Assembly: GCA_039934415.1 (NCBI GenBank) | Contig: JBDTME010000006.1 | Span: 17,206 to 81,205 of the forward strand | DNA from: Patescibacteria group bacterium | Lineage (GTDB): Bacteria > Patescibacteriota > Microgenomatia > UBA1400 > PJMF01 | DNA length: 64,000 nucleotides | Direction of reading: 5' to 3' | In this document: in pieces, positions 58,331 to 64,000 of the stretch | How the letters are laid out: each line of letters opens with the position of its first letter | How positions within the stretch are numbered: the first letter of the stretch is position 1 | Program-made: the position numbers and the translations under genes | The notes under the pieces: model-generated | What the model was told of the DNA's origin: nothing | The model's database searches: none | Seen by the model: only the letters and a program-made list of their open reading frames with translations

Positions 58331-59227
58331 ATGACAAGAAAAACGTTAAAAAAACTACCGTTGTTGGTACTTTTTCTAGCAATGAGTCTTTTAGCTGGTG
58401 GGTTTGTGCTGAGATCTAAAGCACAAACACAAGTAATACAGATCTGGGATCAGAATTTAGAACAAATAAAAGCCCTGACAGAAGCTTCTAACAACGATCC
58501 GAAATACCGTGAACACAATTCACAAGCCAGCAAGGATTTATCAGATGAGCTCTGTTCATTCACTACGCGTCCTGCTGAAGAGCGAGAAAAAGCAGTGGGT
58601 GCTATTCGTGATTTCTTGGAAATGCCAACAGCTGAAATAAAGTATGAATGTAACGATGCCTTTTATGACTTAGAAAGTGATCGCTTTATTCAAGCAAAGA
58701 GTGAGACTTATTCCCTAGACAAGACTTACTTCATTGTGAATTTTGTAACAAACCATATCATTCAAGTTGAAGAGACTCCTGGAACCTGGGGATATAAAAC
58801 AGATGGGACTAGGTGGTTTAGTGAACAAAAAACCTATGACTATTCAAGGAACCTCTCTCAGAAAGACGCTGAACAACTTGCGAGAAACTTTATTGCTAGA
58901 CGCCAAATGGCTTTGGGGAGCATCGATCTGAGTAAACTAAAGCTAGAGACTGGCAAAAAAGATGTTGGTAATGGCCAAATAAATTATTTCTTCATTTGGA
59001 AGGGAGAGTCTAAAACAGTTCATCTCGACCCTCCTGCTGAAACTTGTAGTCAAGATTTGGATAAGAAGGCAGAAGGTTTGTACCTTAATGGCAATGGAGT
59101 ACCCTGTATAAAGCGGTACGAGTCTACAGAAACGCCAACGCTGAGCATTGCCTTCACCAACAGTGGTCAGCTGATTAACTTCTCCAATGAACTAGAGGGA
59201 CAAATTGGTAGGGCAAGGATGAGATGA
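58331..59227 (+). CDS. Secreted or membrane-anchored hypothetical protein (298 aa)
   Basis: Signal-peptide-like N-terminus MTRKTLKKLPLLVLFLAMSLLAGG. No motif. Divergent from the XRE gene. Confidence 0.35.
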   Translation: MTRKTLKKLPLLVLFLAMSLLAGGFVLRSKAQTQVIQIWDQNLEQIKALTEASNNDPKYREHNSQASKDLSDELCSFTTRPAEEREKAVGAIRDFLEMPTAEIKYECNDAFYDLESDRFIQAKSETYSLDKTYFIVNFVTNHIIQVEETPGTWGYKTDGTRWFSEQKTYDYSRNLSQKDAEQLARNFIARRQMALGSIDLSKLKLETGKKDVGNGQINYFFIWKGESKTVHLDPPAETCSQDLDKKAEGLYLNGNGVPCIKRYESTETPTLSIAFTNSGQLINFSNELEGQIGRARMR

Positions 59228-59528
59228 CGCTGTTTACCAACACTTTAATCAAAATGTGGGTGAGCTTTTTAGAAGCACAGCTCCAAATTATTAAACAGCT
59301 AATCAAGAAGTGAATGAATTTAGTCACAATTTTCGTACACATTTTGCCCACCCTAAAATTGAGGCCTAATTATTTCGTCAAAAATGTTACAGAAGAAATA
59401 CATCAGAAGCATACATTCTCGGCTTTTTAATCTCATAAATTGGTGATATATTATCCAGATAAAATCGAACAATTCTCCAGAGTAGCTGCGATAGAAGAAT
59501 TTACTCACAGAAATCTGATAAGGAAAAT

Positions 59529-60191
59529 ATGTCCAACATAGAACATTTGGAAGAAAGTATTGAAGCTCATCTAGAACAAGTAAGACAGGCTCTTGCCGAA
59601 TTTAGAGATAAATTTGCCGTTAGTTTTATCGTTAGCATTTCTGGCGGAGCTGAAGAGCATAATACAACTTATGCACATGATGTGATTTCTCAATTGATTG
59701 TTGGTCTGAAAAACTCTTCTTGCGCTATATTGACTGGTGGTACACAAGGAGGGATCCCCGAACTAGGAACCAGGATTGCCAGAGAACATAAGCTATCTAC
59801 AATTGCAGTTTTTCCTCCTAAAGCCAAAAAATATGTGCTCTTTAATGAGCTTGATTTGCCGATTGAGACACTCCCTCCTTCAGTTGGACCAGCTGGCTTT
59901 GGTTCTGAAACGCCTTCGTTTGCTCAATTACCTGATTATGCTGTGTTTATTGGTGGGTCGTATGGAACTTTGGCTGAGGTGAGCACAATGATGAAAGTAA
60001 ACACTAAACGTAAAAAGGATAATGTTGAGCCGATCTATATTGTTCCAATTGCTGGCTCTGAAGGAGTAGCTGCTTTAATCCCTTTGCTCGTACAACTAAA
60101 CCCCAGTCTTGCCTTCTGTTTGCCTGAGTTTGAATTAACAACCGGAGCAGCTGCGGCTGAATTTATTAAGGAGACTCAGAGTAAAAGATAA
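59529..60191 (+). CDS. LOG/SLOG-family Rossmann-fold protein (second, divergent LOG paralog)
   Basis: ILTGGTQGGIPELG and AVFIGGSYGTLAEV motifs parallel the GGGPGVM / KGGTGTLSE motifs of the LOG protein at 30311. Confidence 0.55.
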   Translation: MSNIEHLEESIEAHLEQVRQALAEFRDKFAVSFIVSISGGAEEHNTTYAHDVISQLIVGLKNSSCAILTGGTQGGIPELGTRIAREHKLSTIAVFPPKAKKYVLFNELDLPIETLPPSVGPAGFGSETPSFAQLPDYAVFIGGSYGTLAEVSTMMKVNTKRKKDNVEPIYIVPIAGSEGVAALIPLLVQLNPSLAFCLPEFELTTGAAAAEFIKETQSKR

Positions 60192-60222
60192 ACTGTCTTT
60201 TGCTTATCAGTAGAAATGTACT

Positions 60223-61173
60223 ATGCCGCTTGTTGAAACCCCAAAAAGTTTGCTCTTGGACAAAGGACCGCTTACAAAATTACAAACAAATAAAACTGAT
60301 CTCTCGAATGCTGAAACAGAATACACAAATATTTGCACTGGCTTTGGTGTAGATCATGAGATTCCGGTCAGGATTGCAGTATATGCGCTTCCGGTACTTC
60401 AAATGGGAGAAAAATTTCTGCGAGCTCAAACTGAGTTTTATGTCGCGGAGGCTTTTGCCACAAAACTCAATGGTCTTGATCCCAATAAGGTGCAAGTTAA
60501 TATTGCCTTGATTAAAGAATACATTAAGCTTTTTAAAACGGAGTTATCTGTTGTAAATTCTCCAGTTTGGCTAGATGAGCGCGACCCCTTTGAAGTTCAG
60601 CGACATGCTCTGACAAAAGAATTGGCTAAAATATTAAGAGAGCATGGTTCAGAAAGAATAATTCGTTTTGCTGACAGTCGGAATGGCGATGAATCTCTGG
60701 CATATATAGCATCGCATGCCCTTTATATGTGGGACACTCTTAATGTTGACGAAGATAAATTCATCACTGAGAGAAATGTCTCTCCGCAATCATTATTGAT
60801 GGTTGGAGGACCAGCAGAAAAACTTTTTTTTGAAGCTCGGCAGTTGCTATTGAGTCACTTTCCTACAGTTTCAACTCGCTCTACAGTCCAAGGTTTTACC
60901 GAAATCGGTCGTCGTCCACCATATTATGCTGTTGATAGTGAAATGGTTGTTAATGGCAAGAATAATTTAAGAATTGGCTTTGAAGAAATCATGTCTATTT
61001 CTGATCCTGATGCACTTAGAGATTCGCTTTACCTGATTATCAGTTTGTCAGAAACCTTAACATTTGACGATATTCCTAGGGTGAAAAAGGGTCAAATCAA
61101 ACCTCAAGAGCTTGAAGATCTGACATCAGCTTGCAATAAGCTACAGAAGATTATTGCCCAACTAAGAAGCTGA
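60223..61173 (+). CDS. Hypothetical protein (316 aa), island cargo
   Basis: ORF with AGGAG-like context. Weak HIGH-like stretch (TGFGVDHEIP) but no KMSKS, so no confident family. Confidence 0.3.
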   Translation: MPLVETPKSLLLDKGPLTKLQTNKTDLSNAETEYTNICTGFGVDHEIPVRIAVYALPVLQMGEKFLRAQTEFYVAEAFATKLNGLDPNKVQVNIALIKEYIKLFKTELSVVNSPVWLDERDPFEVQRHALTKELAKILREHGSERIIRFADSRNGDESLAYIASHALYMWDTLNVDEDKFITERNVSPQSLLMVGGPAEKLFFEARQLLLSHFPTVSTRSTVQGFTEIGRRPPYYAVDSEMVVNGKNNLRIGFEEIMSISDPDALRDSLYLIISLSETLTFDDIPRVKKGQIKPQELEDLTSACNKLQKIIAQLRS

Positions 61174-61174
61174 A

Positions 61175-61468
61175 ATGAATGCACGAGTTGTCTGATCTGG
61201 AGTGACCTCACCGGTTATCTTTCAACAGCTGTGCCGTATGGGCAGGATGGCTATTGAATAAGGCTATTGATTTTAGTACAATACTGGTTGTTTACAGTTG
61301 ATATAAAGCATTTGACTGGAGTCACGATCCAGAAGCTGCGAGTCAAAATACTCGACGGAAATTGAGCCGTAAAATACAATAGCCGATGTCGCGTATGCGG
61401 AGCCGGCCTGAGAGCTCAAGAATTAATATTCTTGAGAATAAGGATGGGACCGCGGGAGGTCCTTTTTT
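61175..61468 (+). ncRNA. Candidate T-box-like leader or structured RNA ending in an intrinsic terminator
   Basis: AAGGATGGGACCGCGGGAGGTCCTTTTTT contains a near-consensus T-box sequence (AGGGUGGNACCGCG, here AGGAUGGGACCGCG). A terminator hairpin GGACC-N6-GGTCC-T6 overlaps it. Upstream are internally repetitive G(C/U)CG(C/U)GUAUG(G/C)G(C/G)AG blocks. Stem I and the specifier loop are not resolved. Confidence 0.4.
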
Positions 61469-61554
61469 AATACCTCTCGTTCCTTAGTTATCACTCATTT
61501 GAGTGGTAGTTAATGAACGTGAGGTTTTTTGTTGCAAAAAAAGGAAAAATCTAT

Positions 61555-62337
61555 ATGAATAAAAAAATTGTTTATCAGCAACTTGAAGAAAAGTTTGTTA
61601 AATACAGAGACTTAATCAATATAGCTGTCAAAGAAAATAATGATGGTTTTGTAAGCCTGCGCCAAACAGAACCAAAGACTTATGAGGTTATAGGCAGATA
61701 TGAAACTTTAAGTGACATGAAAGAGAATTTTCCTTTAGTTCCGGTACGACAAGAAGTAAAAGATAAGCTTGATCAAGCAGATAAAGCTTTGAAAGAAATG
61801 AATCCCAATTTACAGCTAGTTGTTGCTTATGGTTATAGAAGTTTGGAAGTCCAACAAAATTATTTTGATATTCAAAAACAAAACTATTTAAAGAACCAAC
61901 CAGAAGATAATGATGAAGAAATTGACGAAATTATTCACCGTTTGATTGCAGTACCAAACGTAGCTGGTCACCCAACAGGAGGGGCAGTAGACGTTTTTAT
62001 TGAAGATACTAGAGATGGTACTAAACTTGATTTTGGAGTTCCAATTTTTACTTTCGACTCTAAAGATGCTTATTCGTTTTCTCCATATATTGGTAAGGAA
62101 GCTCAACAAAATAGATTTTTATTGAGAAAGATAATGACAGGACAAGGGTTTGCCCCCTACGATGGTGAGTGGTGGCACTTTTCTTTTGGTGATAAAGAAT
62201 GGGCTTTTTATTACAAAAAACCGTATGCAGTCTATGAGCAAAAAAGAGAAGAAGTTGTTTTCAAGTTTGCAGAGAATCAAATTCGGGTAAACAAAGAATA
62301 TACCCAGATTGGAGTGCAACAACTGTCTTTCCAATAA
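61555..62337 (+). CDS. D-alanyl-D-alanine dipeptidase (VanX/DdpX, peptidase M15D)
   Basis: YGYRSLEVQ, HPTGGAVDV (HxxGxAxD) and EWWHF motifs. An alternative start at 61513 adds 14 aa. Confidence 0.8.
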   Translation: MNKKIVYQQLEEKFVKYRDLINIAVKENNDGFVSLRQTEPKTYEVIGRYETLSDMKENFPLVPVRQEVKDKLDQADKALKEMNPNLQLVVAYGYRSLEVQQNYFDIQKQNYLKNQPEDNDEEIDEIIHRLIAVPNVAGHPTGGAVDVFIEDTRDGTKLDFGVPIFTFDSKDAYSFSPYIGKEAQQNRFLLRKIMTGQGFAPYDGEWWHFSFGDKEWAFYYKKPYAVYEQKREEVVFKFAENQIRVNKEYTQIGVQQLSFQ

Positions 62338-62399
62338 AAAGACGGGAAGACACGACAATTGACATTGTTTGATACCGATGTAAGATAAAAGGTGTTTAC

Positions 62400-62435
62400 A
62401 GCACCTGCCCATTGCGAGCGAGGTGCTATTTTTTT
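62400..62435 (+). terminator. Rho-independent terminator after the VanX-like gene
   Basis: AGCACCT-N14-AGGTGCT hairpin followed by T8. Confidence 0.65.
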
Positions 62436-62462
62436 AACAAAAGTTTACAATTAAGAGGAAAT

Positions 62463-63311
62463 ATGTCATCGAGAGCAAAAGAAGCTGACAATCCAAGAAG
62501 AAAGGAATCTGAACCAATGCCACTGCAATACTCAGTTTTCCGACCAGGAGGCAATGACACCGCCTTAGTTGTTGGTGTGGAGCGTGATTCTGATAAGCGC
62601 AAGAAAATTAATGACCAAGTGATGAAACAACATTCAAATGTTGAACAAGTTGGTTTTGTGAACCTTGATAGAGATAATCCAGAACTGATGATGGCTGGAG
62701 GTGAATTTTGTGGTAATGCAACTCGTAGCACAGCGTGGCAGATTTTAACTGGAAAACCAGGAGAAGTATTAATGAAAGTCTCTGGAGTAGAGTCAAAGTT
62801 ACGAGCAGGGGTTGATGAAGAAGGAAATGCTTGGGCACAAATGCCTATTTATGCTGATCCTTCCAGAATTACATTTTTGGAAGACGGTAGAGCTGTGGTG
62901 GCTATGGAAGGCATCACTCATGTTGTCATGAACGATATTTATCCAGACGCTTCTCCTGAAGAACTCAAACCAATTGCTCTTAAATTATTGCAACAGCTAG
63001 GTTTAGATAAATCAGTGGCCGCATCAGGCGTTATGTTCTTAACTCCAACTGAGTCAGGTGTGAGCATGAGGCCCGTTGTGCTGGTCAGAGACATAAACAC
63101 ACTTTTTTATGAGACTGCTTGCGGTAGTGGTACGACTGCTGTTGGGCTTCTTGAAGCCCTCAAAAAGGGTGGTTCTATTGAATTGCCCGTCACTCAGCCA
63201 ACCGGTATGCCAATTAATATTAAGGTTTCTTTTGATGGGTCGAAGTTTGAGCAAGCTGTAATTTCTGGTCCAATAGAAGTACTCAATAATAACGAGGAGA
63301 TAACTGTATGA
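62463..63311 (+). CDS. DapF-fold PLP-independent epimerase/racemase-like protein (DapF/PhzF/proline racemase superfamily)
   Basis: FRPGGNDTALV (cf. GNDF), GEFCGNATRS (cf. MCGNGxRC) and ETACGSGTTAV (cf. ACGSGA) place two Cys-containing loops as in DapF. Confidence 0.55.
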   Translation: MSSRAKEADNPRRKESEPMPLQYSVFRPGGNDTALVVGVERDSDKRKKINDQVMKQHSNVEQVGFVNLDRDNPELMMAGGEFCGNATRSTAWQILTGKPGEVLMKVSGVESKLRAGVDEEGNAWAQMPIYADPSRITFLEDGRAVVAMEGITHVVMNDIYPDASPEELKPIALKLLQQLGLDKSVAASGVMFLTPTESGVSMRPVVLVRDINTLFYETACGSGTTAVGLLEALKKGGSIELPVTQPTGMPINIKVSFDGSKFEQAVISGPIEVLNNNEEITV

Positions 63312-63886
63312 CAGATGAAAGAACAGGCAATCATAGTATCGACCGAGTCATGACGGCAGAAGAGCTCAACGAAGCGTTTAATAAAGGACTTATTGAGTTA
63401 TATCAGGCTGTGTTTGCAGATCCTCCTTATGAAGAGAAGTTCACACCAGAGGAAGTAAAAGATGTTTTGCAACTCTACTTTATGCAAGGCGTACTTATGT
63501 TATGTAGAGAAGATGCACAAAGCGTGATTGGTTTTTCAGCATCTGTGCCTTTAGTTTTAGAACAAGAAATTGCTACAATCGCTCAAAATTTTGACATTGA
63601 TCCAGAAACAGTGTGGTACTTTGCTGACTTAGGAGTGAGTAAAGAGCATCGTCGTAAAAAGATTGCTCAAAGCTTAGTTGTGGCTTTACTTGGTGAGACT
63701 CCAGTTGATACATTGCTCATGCGCACTTCAGAAAATAATATTGCTTCTCAAAGAGTTAACCAAAGTGTCGGCTTTGAAATAATTGATGGTATGGAGCAGC
63801 ATGTTCAACAGACCAGACAAAATGGTGAAGTAGAGTCGGATAGAAGAATCTTTCTGAAAAAACAAAAATCAGTCGTGCAAAGTTAA
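63308..63886 (+). CDS. GNAT-family N-acetyltransferase
   Basis: Motif A region LGVSKEHRRKKIAQSLV and an overall GNAT fold. Overlaps the upstream gene by 4 nt. Confidence 0.7.
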   Translation: MTDERTGNHSIDRVMTAEELNEAFNKGLIELYQAVFADPPYEEKFTPEEVKDVLQLYFMQGVLMLCREDAQSVIGFSASVPLVLEQEIATIAQNFDIDPETVWYFADLGVSKEHRRKKIAQSLVVALLGETPVDTLLMRTSENNIASQRVNQSVGFEIIDGMEQHVQQTRQNGEVESDRRIFLKKQKSVVQS

Positions 63887-63937
63887 CATTTTTTGGCATA
63901 ATCCTATAAATACATACAGCAACTAAAAAGGAAATAT

Positions 63938-64000
63938 ATGGCTAATAAAGAACGTAAAACTGGGAATCCTAGTGGTTTTAAGGACACTCTCCCTGGAGAA
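63938..64000 (+). CDS. Hypothetical protein, 5' fragment; continues beyond the window
   Basis: ATG with AAAGGAAAT upstream; only 21 codons visible. Confidence 0.25.
   Translation, partial: MANKERKTGNPSGFKDTLPGE

Noticed and set aside
53771-61500. Direct repeat of the tRNA-Ser 3' end marking attR of the island
   Set aside because: I could not find a second copy of the tRNA 3' segment (TTCGAATCCCTCCCTCTCC) in the window. Serine integrases need only a 2-bp core, so the absence is uninformative and the right boundary stays inferred.
62119-62412. 97-aa minus-strand ORF
   Set aside because: It is antisense to the well-supported VanX-like gene and its terminator.

Overview
This 64-kb window reads as a compact, streamlined bacterial chromosome segment. 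Intergenic regions are short, several proteins are truncated (478-aa IF-2, Lon AAA+ module without protease), and riboflavin and nucleotide ribose appear to be salvaged rather than synthesised. On that basis I infer a Patescibacteria/CPR-like lineage (inference only). The core content is: dnaK (3' part); an FMN riboswitch driving a DMT-family transporter plus a monofunctional riboflavin kinase; dinD-like; a dnaJ-like gene; nusA-infB-(DHH-like)-rpsO-pnp; a SUF Fe-S cluster (sufC, sufB, split sufD, sufS, sufU, sufT-like) interrupted by a GH18/FecR-like/ImmA insertion; tsaC; yjjX; FNR/ferredoxin/DsbA; a pentose and nucleotide ribose-salvage cluster (rpiB, rpe-like, LOG, PfkB kinase); a Lon-like AAA+ protein; UDG; RNase J; ftsK; an RND efflux pair; glycosyltransferases; and tRNA-Val and tRNA-Ser. 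I also located a tmRNA (ssrA) on the minus strand at about 47785..48210, which the ORF track missed and covers with spurious ORFs. Two further RNA candidates are an sRNA with a minus-strand terminator at 14.9-15.2 kb and a T-box-like leader at 61.2-61.5 kb ahead of a VanX-like dipeptidase, DapF-fold epimerase and GNAT cluster. The most interesting accessory region is 53.7-61.2 kb, which looks like an integrative element beside tRNA-Ser: a large serine recombinase, small Zn-ribbon and HTH proteins, a Rep-like HTH gene with iteron-like inverted repeats inside its coding sequence, an XRE repressor, and cargo comprising a secreted protein, a second LOG/SLOG-family paralog and an unknown 316-aa protein. 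A second accessory feature is a 66-bp direct repeat flanking a 411-aa HExxH protein gene at 45.3-46.7 kb, which looks like an inserted cassette. No CRISPR array was seen.
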